From contig JAAOMT010000341.1 of the NCBI GenBank assembly GCA_016748015.1, positions 1 to 53,767 of the forward strand: a stretch of DNA of 53,767 nucleotides, read 5' to 3'. Of the stretch, positions 1 through 12,922 are shown piece after piece. Position 1 is the first letter of the stretch; each line of letters starts with the position of its first letter. The translations under genes and the position numbers were made by a program. Under the pieces are notes generated by a model. The model was not told the origin of the DNA. It saw only the letters and a list, made by a program, of their open reading frames with translations, and did no database searches. This stretch comes from Geosiphon pyriformis uo1. Lineage: Eukaryota > Fungi > Glomeromycota.

Positions 1-2084
1 ATTCGACTTATTATTGGTTATATATAGAGATTTTATTGGATTCTTAATCAATAAAAAAAATAATTTTCAATTTATAAAAGATTATAAATTATAATAAATA
101 AAAATAAGTTTTATGTTTATTATTAATAAATATTAAATACTTAGTTATTTTAAAGCTTTATTTTATTATTAATAACTTTTTTTACTTGTAAAAAATAGTA
201 TCAGCTATATAAATATTATTGTCATGAGTTTTTAAAGTTCGAGTTTTGGGCAGATAAATAGTATTATTATGTAAATAACTCCAACTATTGATTAAAAAAG
301 AGAGTATATGTGAATTTTTGATTAAGAAAAAAAGTTATTTTTGTTGTTATTAAAATATCTAATAAAGCAAACGTCTAAAATATAATAGCCAAAAAAAGGT
401 GTTATTAAACATTAAAAATTAAAATTTTATTTAAAAAATAAACATATTAATACTAAATTTATATTTTGACTATTAAAAACTTATTAATAAATAGACTAAT
501 CAAATAATAGTTAATTAATAAAAAAATATTTTTATAATTGAAAATACTTATTTGCAAAAATTATATATTGGTTTTTTCATTATTAAGTTGTTCATAAAAA
601 TTCCAAACTTATGTTTTTTTTTTTTAGTTATAATAACTATTATATTGACTTTAATATTATTATCAAACATATTATTTTTAGAAACAAATATTATTTTGAT
701 ATTTGTCATTTTTTAAGTTAAAAAAAGCTAAATTAAGATTTAATCTACTTATATATAAGACTCGGCAAGTTAAGTTATAAGATTTTGACTTGTATTATTT
801 CAAGTCAAAATATTTATGACTCGAACTCAATCTTATGAGTCAAGTACTAAATCAAGAAGAGTTGATTTAACTTTTTTGAAGCTTTAATAATAATAAAAAT
901 AATCTTTTTTTTTACTTTATTGTTTTAGAAAAATAATAAATTAATCTTAAAATAATTAAAACTTTCTTCAAATAATTTTCCAACAGGAATTTCTAAGAAT
1001 TAATCTAAGGGATGATAAACATTATTGATCTTTCAAATAAGATCTTTTAAGACATATAAATTATTTATTCATTCTTTGCTAGTAAGGTTTCTTATTGTTT
1101 TTTGGTAATTACTACTGTGTAAGCTTTGGTGTTAAATTGAAAATTAACTGAAGAGAAAACTATTTTTCCAAAGTCGAACAATAAAAAAAAAGAACATGTA
1201 TTTTTTAAATTTTTCTGGCATAGTAATAAATTGATTTCTACAAGAGTAGATATTGAAAAAAACATGTTTTCTAAAAAAACTACTAATAAATATTAAAATC
1301 AAAATTAGTTATTATTCTTATTCTTATTCTTCTTCTTTTTCTTCTTCTTTTTCTTCTTCTTGTCTTTTATACTTCATAAGGAAAAAATCCTAATACTGGA
1401 AATAATAGAAATGGATTTTTATTAAAAGAGAAATTTGGCAAATTTTCAATTTGCCCAATTGCAATAAACATTAACTGTGTTTCAAAGCCTTTCATAAAAA
1501 ATTCAAGCATAAAAATTATTGAACATAAATTATATAACTTCAAACCATTTTTCAATATTGCATAAGTGATGAATAACTGATACTTTAAAACATAATATAA
1601 ATTATGAAAATGTATTTTTTCCAACTTATAAGAGTTCAATTATAGAAATTTTAATTAAAGATGGAAAATACGAGTTTATTAATTGTAAATAATATTTGAA
1701 ATTCAATATGGTTTATCATTGAATTATTTATATGCTCATCTTCAGTTTGAGTGATTTTCGGTTTCATCTTCGGCTTAACAAAAGCCCCCATGTAGATAAT
1801 AGTATTTCATTAAAACATTCTGAATATGAATTTTCAACTTCAGCATATTTATTATAAATTTTGTTTGATGTGCAAATTCTAAAGCTTGATTAACAATTCA
1901 TAATAAACTACTATGGCCATTAGTACATCTAATGCCAAGATGTTTCACTATATAAATATGTGATTTTTAATTATTTGTTGTCGTTCCTCATTTTTCTAAA
2001 GTTAAAATAGAACCATTAAATATATTTAAAAATAGATGTACAAACAATTCCAATTGATTATTCCTGTAGAATACGAGTTGAGAT

Positions 2085-3250
2085 TTACAATTCTGCCCAA
2101 AATTTTTTAACAATAGTATATGTTTTCTCAGGGTCTTCGGCTTGCTATAGAAGTGAACGTGAAAAATTAGTTTTTTAATAACTTATAAAATAAAAGACCA
2201 GAATTTTAAAAACCTTACAGGATAATGCCCTAACCCGTCGAGAAAATCTGTTTGGAATAGCCTCGCTTTCATAAATTGTGGTCTCACAATCTCAGCTTCA
2301 GCTTTAACATTCGTAAAATCAGGATCTTTTTCACCATAAATCGCCAGCACTGGAGCAGTAACCTCGGGTATAATAGCCCATGTTGGATTTTTGGTAGCCT
2401 TTAAGAATGATCTCACTGCATAAATTCTTCCTTTCTCTTGTAGATTTGATTTTAAAGCCTTGGCAATCGTTTCATGATCCATTGGTATTCGATCTTTGGC
2501 AGTGAATAAAGATTTCCAATACATTGTCCAAAAGAATGCACCCCATGGTGGAATGAATAATATGTTGGTAAGTGGACGCATGAATTTGTCTGCGAATCAA
2601 AAATTAATTAAACTTAATCAATTCGTGGTTTTAAATCCAAAAAAGGTTCAATTATCAATATTCATCAGGAATTTCATAATTTACCTGCAGGCATATCGCG
2701 CAAAAATGCATCAAGTAATACTGTACTATGTGTCTTGTCAGGATATTTTGAAGCAAATATACTTACCGAAGCCCCACCAAGTGAAGAACCAAATATGGCA
2801 ACTTTTGTATTCACTTGTGCATGGTCCAAAACTGATTTCATATCTCTTTCAAATAGTAAGAACAAAAGTAAATTTATTTTATTGCAAAAGAAAATTATTG
2901 CTCAAACTTTTTTATATTTACACGGCAACATCCTCTGGCGTAAAACTAGTAAAGCTAGTTGAACTCTGTCCTTGCCCCCGCAAATCCATACAAATTATAC
3001 GGTATCCATCATTATTAAACTTCGGTGCCATAAACCGATACGTTTGTCGGAAATCACCAATTCCTGGCACCAAAAGTAATACCGGGAGACTTTTATCTTC
3101 AGTTTCACCAGTGTCTTCATATGCAATTGTGGTTTTAGATTCAGGCATAGGTGAAGGTGCAAATTGGGTGGCAGTTAAGGGAAATATGGATCGTAAAGCA
3201 GATGCTGCGGTTTGCGCGTCCAATGGCGTCATTGCTCGTGAATCAGACAT
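2085..3250 (-). CDS. Alpha/beta-fold hydrolase, 4 exons, bacterial-like family
   Basis: ORFs 2918-3250, 2674-2865 and 2183-2581 join in frame through GT..AG introns; the last exon reads QAEDPEKTYTIVKKFWAEL* (TAA 2087-2085). Motifs: VPGIGD, DLRGQGQS, nucleophile elbow GSSLGG, YGEKDPDF (acid) and GLGHYP (His). Confidence 0.92.
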
Positions 3251-4879
3251 TTTAAAATTGTCGGTGTTTGGCTAAAAATAAAGGTGATAATAGAAAAAGA
3301 AAACTCAACTAGAAGGGCCAATTTATTGCTAGCTGGGGTAGCACAGTGAATTAAATCAATCTGAATTTAAGGAAAAAAGTACCCATAACAGGTATACAAT
3401 CAGGATAAATAATGTTCACACACACAGCATTAATAGTAGTCAGATTTGGGAAGGTTGTATCATACAAAAAGGATAGATAAAAGTTCATTGTCGTCAACTC
3501 CGAAGTTGTATTTGCTTCGGATTAACTAAAGCGTTTTAAATGGGGGATCTTCGGATTAATCAGAAAACGTTACTGTTTCCAATATTGTTACATGGATATT
3601 ATAAATATTAGAGGTTAATTTTTATTTGTAAAAAAACTTATATAAAAGAAAGATAATATCAATACTAATTAAACTCAACAAATATAAATTTCAAAAAATG
3701 ATGTATTTAAAATATTTAAAATTATTTAAATTAAGAAATTTACAATTTTTTAATTTAAGATATGTAGATATATTATCTAAATTAACAATAACATGGTCTT
3801 TTTTTATATTTACAATATTTTAAAAATTTAAAAATCTTTTATATTATTAACAACTTTAATGTTTTTTCATCAAATAATATAGTTTCAATTTGTAAGATAA
3901 AATCAATTTCAAAATATTTCTCAACATATAAAGATTTATTAATTGGATATTATAATATTATAATAAAATGTTGATTAGTGTGAAAAAAAGAAAATTTTTG
4001 GTTTTGTCTAAGCTGTACAGATTAACAAAATTTCAAACTTGTACAATAAAAGTAAATGTATTCATAATATTGAGAGAAATTATGAGTGTTTTATTTGTTA
4101 AAACTTATTAAAAGTATTTATTAAAATGAAAAATATACATATTATTTATACTGATACTTTAGATTAAAACAATTAATATAGTTAAATTTATAATATTGTA
4201 AAATAATATAATCAAGAATGACCAACATTAGCAAAAAATATTTATATCTTATTAAATCATTAAGATAATCAAAAAAATAGAAAAATCTTAACAATTTAAA
4301 AAAACAATTGAATACAAAATATGTAAATAATAATAAATGAATTAATAAAATTAACAGATGAACAAGATTACACAATTAGTATAAAAATTACTAAAATAAT
4401 TTGGAACATTACAAAATAATTAAATGATAATAATTTACTATGTAATATGTATAAATACCAGCTAATTTGTAGAATTTAAAAAAATAATACAAAAAACAAT
4501 TTCCATTTCTTAATTTATTTTTTTATTAATAAATTGTACAATTTTTAACATATTTATTAGCATTGAAAATTTAATTAGATAAAAATTTAAAAATTTATTA
4601 TTTTAAAATTTTCATTTTGGTTAATTTTTGAATTGCTACAGTAATCAAAATTCCATATTTTAATTATTTTAATTTGATATAATTATAAAATTTTAATATT
4701 AAAATAAATATTTTTTGTAAGTTATTATTAAATTATTATTTGTTTTTATAAAATAAAATAAAATTCAGTAATTATTGTTTTTATAATCAAAAAAATTCTA
4801 GTCAAAACAGTCGGGTGTTAAAGGTCACTACATTTGACGTCACATGCAGCACGCCCCAATTACAATATTGGGTATATTG

Positions 4880-5700
4880 ATATTTGAATTTTTTAATCTG
4901 TATTGAGACCACTTTCTGAAATGTGCAAATAAGCCATTTTTTAAGAAACAAAAAACCAAGAGGAAAGTTTTTGCATAACCAAATTGCATAATTTTTTCTG
5001 CGTCATTTCTAGACATCCGAGTCATTGCTGAAGAAAGATATCTAACGTATTAAACCACTTTTTTCTTTCTGCCATTCCGAAATCTGAGATGGGTTAGTAG
5101 ATCAAAAATTTTATTTACATTCCCGTTCCAAAGGTCTGGTTCTTGACTATAAACTTAGCAATGGTTAATGTATCTCTACCAATTCCCAATTCGACGTTTC
5201 TTTACCATATTCATTAAACCGTCTTCTTTAAAAAGTGTAAAGCTTTTTAATTTTAGATAAAATATCTGATCAATACTTTTATGTTTTTCGGAAGTTATTC
5301 AAGATTTATTGGACCACTGAAAAAATCAACTTTATTGCTTTAAACAATATTTTAAATTGGAATGTTATAAATTAACCAAAGCTTCAAAGCACGATCACAG
5401 AATGCCCTTTTAAAGAATATATAATGTACATTTCAAAAAAATTTTGCGCATCTAAAATATATCAATTCCAATAGAAAAATTCGAATAGAAACGCTGATAT
5501 GTAAGCCTGTCTTCTGAGATAATGAACGATTTTTGTATTAAAAAATTTGTGGTTTCATATTTCACTTTTTCATTTCTCATTATTTCATAAGAATTGCTGG
5601 ACCAACAAAGAGGAACCAGAGTTTTAAAGGGTAAAGTTTGATCATTGAAACCTAGATCTAGAACTATAGTCATTTTCGGGACTTTAATTCTCTTCAATAA
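4880..5700 (-). pseudogene. Decayed intron-containing gene remnant, product unknown
   Basis: Higher GC than the flanks. An intact-looking intron (GTAAAT...CTACTAACCCATCTCAG, ~5118-5084) joins coding-like frames broken by stops (RRFNEYGKETSNWELVEIH*PLLSL*SRTRPLERE and FGMAERKKWFNTLDIFFSNDSDV*K*RRKNYAIWLCK). Confidence 0.35.
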
Positions 5701-6556
5701 AAAATGCGGACATTATTTCTTTAAGGTTGAAATAATTTTGGTTAAAAAAAAATGATATTATGATGCTAGATGGTATTAGCTTTGAATCTGGAACGCGAGA
5801 TAATAGTTAGGCTGTTTGCAATAGTAATTTTGGATTAGTAAAAAATGATAATTAATAACTTGCAATTTTAAATTTTTTTGTGCAGTATTCATCAAAGCTA
5901 AGATTGGCAAATTTCTTTGGTATCAATATTTAGTTTCCTGTACAATGATATTTCACCTAAAAGTCGAAACAGTCGTAAATGTAAAAGATATTAAAAAAAT
6001 CAAAAGGTAGGCTCGATAAATTTTTGGCGCCGAAGCGTTTCTTCATTATTAAATATCGTAAAAACTGAATTTTTGGTGTCTCCATCCTGGAATTAAGCTA
6101 AAAGAGAATTGTGAAACCATCCTTTGTCTGCCTTTTGCAGGAAGGATAGGTCGTAACACCTCATTGGTTGATTCTAGATTATTTTTAATATTTAGCTGGG
6201 CTCCCATGACCCATAAGTTTTAATGACTAACTTTATTTTTATAAACTCAACCAATTCGCCTAATTTCTTCTAATTCTTTGTACTCTCGGAGTTCGGATTA
6301 TTGTGAGTAGACGAAGATTAATAACTTTGCCCACTCCTACACTAACTCCCCGATTAAATTGCTCGCCAGCTGGAGTTTGGTGAATTTACTACTGAATATT
6401 TCAATTATTCGGTTAGGCGGATCCAAGGTTTCCTTACCGGTGAGCAAATATGTCTCATGTGCACGTAATTTGAGTTCCCAGCTACATATTGAATGTTCAC
6501 TTTTTCTGCTCCACTTGTGATTAGCATTGACAACCTTTTGGTAAAGAAGTTTCTTG

Positions 6557-8972
6557 ATGGATGAATGCTTAAAAAAAATTTATTATATCAATTTCCCCCC
6601 TGGAGGGCGAACGTGAAGTATTATTTTAATAAAATAAGCTTTTTCCCGAGGCTAGCCACAATATTTAAAGACTCAATTAACTATTTGAAATGTAGGAATA
6701 TTTATGGATTGGCTGTCTTTGAGACACCAATACCTGGTGAATTGCTCAATTCTTCATCAAATTTAATAGCTTCGATCGAACCCATCCACGAAAACAAGGT
6801 GGAAGAGTCTAGTGAGAAAATTTTCAAACTTGAACTTTTTAATGCTCCGTCCGAAAGCAAAGTTTAAGAATTATAATTTTATCTTCAAGAAACTTACCAC
6901 CATATGATGGTCAGCACTTTTTATGGCATAACATGCTTTCTATCTACCGCTAGTTCTTGGAATATCATAGAACTCTCGTTGGAGAAGGATATCGGTCAAG
7001 GTGAATAAATCCAAAATTTGTCGATTTATCAAACTTATTATTCCAAAATAAAAGCAATATTTTTTCTCAAAAATTTTATTTCAGGAGAAATAATCTCTAT
7101 CGATTCATTTTATACCGATAAGACTGGATTGGTGCTCGCTTTTACCACTGTACATGTATGTAACCACGAAATTTATAAAAAAAAATTATATTAAAAATGA
7201 TTATGATATTCCCAATTATTCTTGTCAAGCCGACGAAATCCAAGTCATCAGCGGACGAAGATGGTTATCAATATTTTTTTCGCATTTATTGGATGAAAGA
7301 TTTATGCAAGGCCAAATGCGTTAAAGAGTTTTTGCCCAAACTTACCGGTATTGTCTCCAAAAGTTTGTGCATTCATATCAATTTTAGCATTCTTTTTAAC
7401 TTTGTTGTTCTTTTTAGAAAGAAGCCAAATAATTGAATTACCCTTTACGCCAACCCAAATCACCCACACGATAATTCTCAAGAATGAAATATCTGAGACT
7501 AGTTTGATCTTGTGTGGGACAGATGATGGAATACATTTGTATACTCAGGTTTGACATTATGAATTGTTTCGTCTGTATTTAGGAATTGCATTTGACAAAC
7601 CAAGATAAATTTAGAATTCAACAACTACACTTTGGGGAGAGGAAGCTGTCTACCCCCATTTCCCGCTGCTTTCAGAATTGGCACGCCTAGAATCAAAGTA
7701 AATATTTTCTATAGTCGATTCTTTATTCACGGTAATTTCAACATCACATTTTCTCTCAAAAAGCATTCTTTCGTTAGAGATACGTGAATTTGGTGAAAAG
7801 AAGATAATAGCGGCGGGGTGTCAAAATGGAATATTGCATCTGGCTATCATGCAAAAGGATTCAACCACAGGGAATTTCGGTAGAATACCTTTGTTCAATT
7901 CATGCTTGAAATTTGTTCATTACATAGGTCCTGAATCTAATCCTTAAAATAGTACAAATTGAAAACCCAACCTTTGCCGCGCTGTTTAGTCCAATCACGT
8001 CAATATCGATGTTTTCCTCAAGGAGTGACGGTAGGCAAAAAGTATCCAATCATTGAACATTTTTCCATTCAGTCTTCAAAGCGCTCATAAATTTAGCGTC
8101 CAAGGAGAGTCACATGACATCAATATGATAGTTACATGTGCTATCGAACAAGGAATAATTTATCGGTATGGGTTTAATATTAACTGAGAGGAAAAGCCTA
8201 ATCAATAAAAAAATTAAATTAAAATTTCACGTTTGTAGATCACTTGATAAAAAGAACTTTCAGTCTTCATTTCAGTTGAAAGAATGCACACTACATGACA
8301 GCGTCTTATGTTCTCACGTAATGGATGTTGATTTGGACGGGTGCAATGAGATTTTGGTTGGGACCTATGGAGGAGAACTGATGATATTCAAACTAGGTAA
8401 GATCACATGAGTTGATTAAAAGGCACCGAAAGATTTTTCACGAAAGAAATTTCAATTAAATATTTGAAGAAACACCTGTTGAAGGCGAAATCAAATATAA
8501 GCTAGTGTGGCAAAGATCTTTTGCGCATCCCATTTACCGTATCACCGGTTTGGATTTGAACCAAGATGGTTACAAGGAACTGATTATCGTCACGCAATAT
8601 GGGGTACACATTTTTGTGGTAAGATTTCGAATTTCTCTATCACCCAAAATTTGACTTTATTAAACGTTTAAACCTCTCATTTAGCCAAATTTAGAGAAGG
8701 CAAAAGACCAGTCGAACAAACCTTTAAATGATTCAGAACAGAAGGATTTGGAATCAGTCGCTACCTTGGAAGAATTACAGACTGACCTAAAGCTTGGTGA
8801 TGAAATGGTTTCTGATACACAACAATCAGGTTGTTTTTTTTTACCGCTTATGAAAGAAAATTTAAAACAAGATTATTTACAATTTGTGTGTACATATCAA
8901 TCCCATTTTCCTTATATTGATAAGGTATTACCGAAACGACTTGACATCGCAAAAAATAGCTTGATCTTGTAA
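6557..8972 (+). CDS. KPTN: Kaptin, KICSTOR complex subunit (beta-propeller); about 13 exons; exact 3' end uncertain
   Basis: The spliced product carries kaptin blocks in the right order: TNIYGL, EIISIDSF, IELPFTPTQITH, LILCGTDDGIHLY, IAAGCQNG, DSVLCSHVMDVDLDGCNEILVGTYGGELMIFK, YKLVWQRSF, LDLNQDGYKELIIVTQYGVHIF. Twelve GT..AG introns keep the frame. Confidence 0.9.
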
Positions 8973-11569
8973 TTGAAATTAACAGAGGTATTCATTTTTT
9001 TGTTTCATTTTATGGCTTTTAAAAGTTTTGATCAACCTGTTTGAATACTGATTCAAAATAATTTTTCAATCGCTCACACAATAAGTTAAGGTTTTAAAAC
9101 TCTATCGTTTAAAGGTGCGTTTGAAAAGAATCTTGATCAAAAAGGAGAAGTTGTAGCATCTGTAAATAGGGGTTGTTAAACGAGATATTAATAAATGATA
9201 TTAAATTTTGTTTCTGGATCAAAAATCATTGCGGTTTGATTATAATCAGTAGTAGCTTTGTATAAAATGTAAATTTTGATTGTTGAATTTGGGTTGACTG
9301 ATCATTATTGGTTTGAATTTATTTTCAAATTCAATAATGAAAAAATCATAATATTTTAAAAAATAATTAACAAACGAATAAAACCCAATTTATTATTTAA
9401 TAATGTATTTTTTTAAATATGATAAGAACAAAAATGTTAAGACAAAAAACAGGAAGGAAATATAAACAAAAAAGCAAACATAGTATAATTATTAAAAATA
9501 CATGATTTTTTCAAAAAATTTGGTTTAACAGTAAAATGAATACAATAGTAAATATTTATTATTTAAAAATAAAAACAAAAACAATTTTATATTAATTTTA
9601 ATTATTTATATTATAAAAATCTAAAAAATTATTATTTTTATTACAAATATTAAAAATATACAAAAATTAAATCATTAAATATTTATATTATTATGAATCA
9701 AAATAACCAGTTAATAGGTAGTAAAAATAAAATAAAATAAAATACATTAACAAGAAAGAAAATTAAAAGTATAAATGAATCAATTTTAATCTTAAATCTT
9801 TTATAAAGAAATTAACTATAAATTTATTATTTTAAAAATTCAATTATAATAATCAAAAAATAAAAAATAAAAATATTTATATATATATTAAAACTATTAA
9901 TATATCTTAGCTAATTAATTTCTTAATTATATTATCTATTTTTTAATTATAAAAGTCATAATTAAATCAAAAAGCTGTCTTTTGATTTTAAATAAAAAAA
10001 TATTTAATATAATTGTATTACTAATTTTCAGTAATATATATATGTCAAAAAAACAAGACTAGACAACAAAATAGTGAATAAGATAATATTTTTATTACAT
10101 GAAAATTTCTCATGAATATTATTAGTTATGTAAATAACTAATTTTAACTAAAGTTAATCAATTTAATCTATCTGTATCCTTTAACAATTATTTGACAATT
10201 ATTTGATTTACAAAAAAAGAAATAAATTTTTTACAAATAACATAGGTATAAAGCAAACCAATTATTATACAAAAACAACTTTTAGGAAAAAAAAACTTTT
10301 TTTCTTATCAATCATATTTATGATTTAACTTTTCCATTTAGAGTTAAGTAGAGAAATAAACATTGAAAAATTAAAATTAAAACATAAACACCGATTAAAA
10401 TATATCAACCCAAAACAAAAAATACTTTTATTCAATGTTGAAGAATTTCATGTATTTGTTACAATCAGTTTTTTTCGAAAAGTTTAAAAGAAGACATAAA
10501 GCATAGCAAAAAATAAAATGAAGTTAACCTGCTTAAAATTTCTTTTAATTGAAAATGAATTCAAAAACAAAGGCATAGCTTTGAGTTTGTTTACAAAATT
10601 CATTAATCAAAAATTTTTAGTTATATGTATTAAAAAAATATTAAAGAAATCACCCTTAAATTGAATCTTGAATGGTTTAGCACCTTATTTTGTGAATAAA
10701 TACTTTTTTATTTTCCAAGTTTTTTGTTAGACATCATATAGTCTCTGAGTAAAAATATTGACAAAATGGAGAATTTCTCAAAATGAGTGATTTTGAAGCA
10801 AATATCGAACTAAAAATTTATTTCAGGAATAGTTTAACAATAAAAATAATTTCTTTGAATTGCAAATTTAAAAATATTTATTTATTGATATAACTATGGG
10901 AATAAAAATGTACACATACTTCATTTCTTTAGTAATTTATAGAAGATTGGGAGAAAATATATGAAATTTTTTGCCGATAAAATTTTATATAATCAAAAGT
11001 TGACCCAAAATTTCTATTTGTATCGAATGGAAAACCCCCCGGTTTTTAATGATTTTCTTTGACTTCCAAATTTTGAGTAAAAATATTTTCGAGATATCAG
11101 AAGTAAAATAATTTTACAGTTCGTAAAATTTTACAAAATTTGTTTCATTCCTACTTAGTTTATTATATAAAATTAGTTTTATAAGCATGACTTAATAAGA
11201 TGATATAAATTCAAAAAAAAATTTTATATATATTTTCGTGATACTCAAAAAAACTTAGTTCCATACAGAAAAATATTTGGATAAAATCTATTTAATTTTA
11301 TGAGTTAATAAATGACTAGAAAAAAAAATTTTATTGAAGAAAATCTGGATCGACCGAAAAATTTTGGAACCATTAAAAAATATCTATTAATTAACGTTCA
11401 TTAAAAAAATTAAATTGACAAACTTTAATTTTAATTTCCTTTTTAGTTCATACAAGTAAAACTTTTGTGGCCGTTAATTATTCAATAGATATTTAGTTAA
11501 TAAAATAATTATTATATATTTTTCAAAGTATTTTTACTATGCATCAAGGGTTAATTTTATATTAAATAA

Positions 11570-12040
11570 TGCAATATTATTAATACCCATAAAAGCAGAA
11601 GCTCAAATAAGGTTTCAGTATTCGGAATTTACAAGTGTAAGCATCGCACTAAGGTAGTCAATCTAAGAAAATCTTTTGATTCAGCTCTTGAAAAGTAAGG
11701 TATCATTAAGATAATTTAAAAATTTGGGTCAAGAACTAAATAAAATTTTGAATCTCACAAAAAAAAATAGTGTCTTTTGATATTTTGAAAAGAATTTTCT
11801 CAACTCTTGATAAATTCTCATAGCTTTCATACTTTAGAGAAATAATTATACAAGGATAATAATTTTTCTCTTTCTTTACTTATTCGTATTACAAACCAAT
11901 AGTGTAGAAGCTGCATTTTGTACCGTTAAAATTTAGGGGTGCATTGTCATTTCTGTGAACAATGTTAACATTTTCTAACATAATTTTCGTTTGTGTTTTT
12001 GCCTCTTTTGAAAAAGTGGTAATCCAAAATTGGAATAAGA
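11570..12040 (+). promoter_or_regulatory. Orphaned copy of the permease distal upstream region
   Basis: Aligns by eye with the reverse complement of ~31140-31550 and with 16770-16975. Example: taccgttaaaatttaggggtgcattgtcatt versus tactgttaaaacctaggggtacattgtcatt. Confidence 0.7.
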
Positions 12041-12922
12041 AACTATCAAGCTTTTTCCCAAAAAAATTGATTGTGACATGAAGATTTACGAATAGTTATA
12101 GTTAAGGTTTTGGGGGATTAGGATGAAAAAAAAATGAAAATGATGTAATTAATGATTGGAACTTTGACTGAAAAAATATCTTTAAGTATTAGTAAACAGA
12201 GCGGTAGCATAAATATTATCTAATTTTATTTATTTATTTTTAAAAATTGAACCAAAAATTATCTTACTAAAAATAGCAGTCTAAATTTGGTGTCATAATA
12301 TTTTTGAAAAATTCAGCTTTAGGAGTTCTAAAACAGCAAAATATCAAAGTTTCTCAATAGGATTGAAGATTGAACTCTGTGCAGCTAAGCAAAGTTTCAA
12401 TTTTTTTGTGTGTGACAGCACATTCTCTTCTTTAAATATCATCTTTTATATGTGCTGTGTGAAAATTTTTATAGCATAATTTTTCAAAAGTTTACAATCT
12501 ATCTCATCAAATTAGGAAAAAATATAATCAAAATCAATCGATAAAAAACAATTTCAAAATATTTTAACAGCAATTTTTTCTGTTTTCGAAAAGCAGGTTG
12601 TTAATTTTGATATAATCATAATTTGGAATAATATTTTTAGTGGCTAAAATTTTTTAAATATTATTTAAAAGTATCTTGAAATTTTATAATATTATTTTGT
12701 ATATTTTAATAAAAATATATAAATTTAATTTTATAATTTAACAGTTTCGTTTTACATGTACAATATATGTGTTTTTATAGATAATTAACCAAAAAAATTA
12801 GATATGTAAACATTGATTGAAGAATTGATCGAATATAATTGTGATTCGGCATAGGAAATAGAGCTTGCTTCCCCCAATCGCCACACAAACTACTTCTTAG
12901 ACGATGAATAATATTTTTTATC

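Noticed and set aside
756-887. Possible hAT-like MITE with GACTT/AAGTC internal repeats
   Set aside because: The putative termini are too degenerate and no TSD is visible.
1367-1639. 90-aa ORF, and similar short AT-rich ORFs at 4142, 25223, 26180, 28200, 45865, 46681 and 49895
   Set aside because: F/I/L/K/N-biased translations typical of chance ORFs in AT-rich DNA, with no motifs.
2496-3275. 259-aa plus-strand ORF
   Set aside because: Antisense shadow of the hydrolase; it crosses that gene's introns and has no recognisable motifs.
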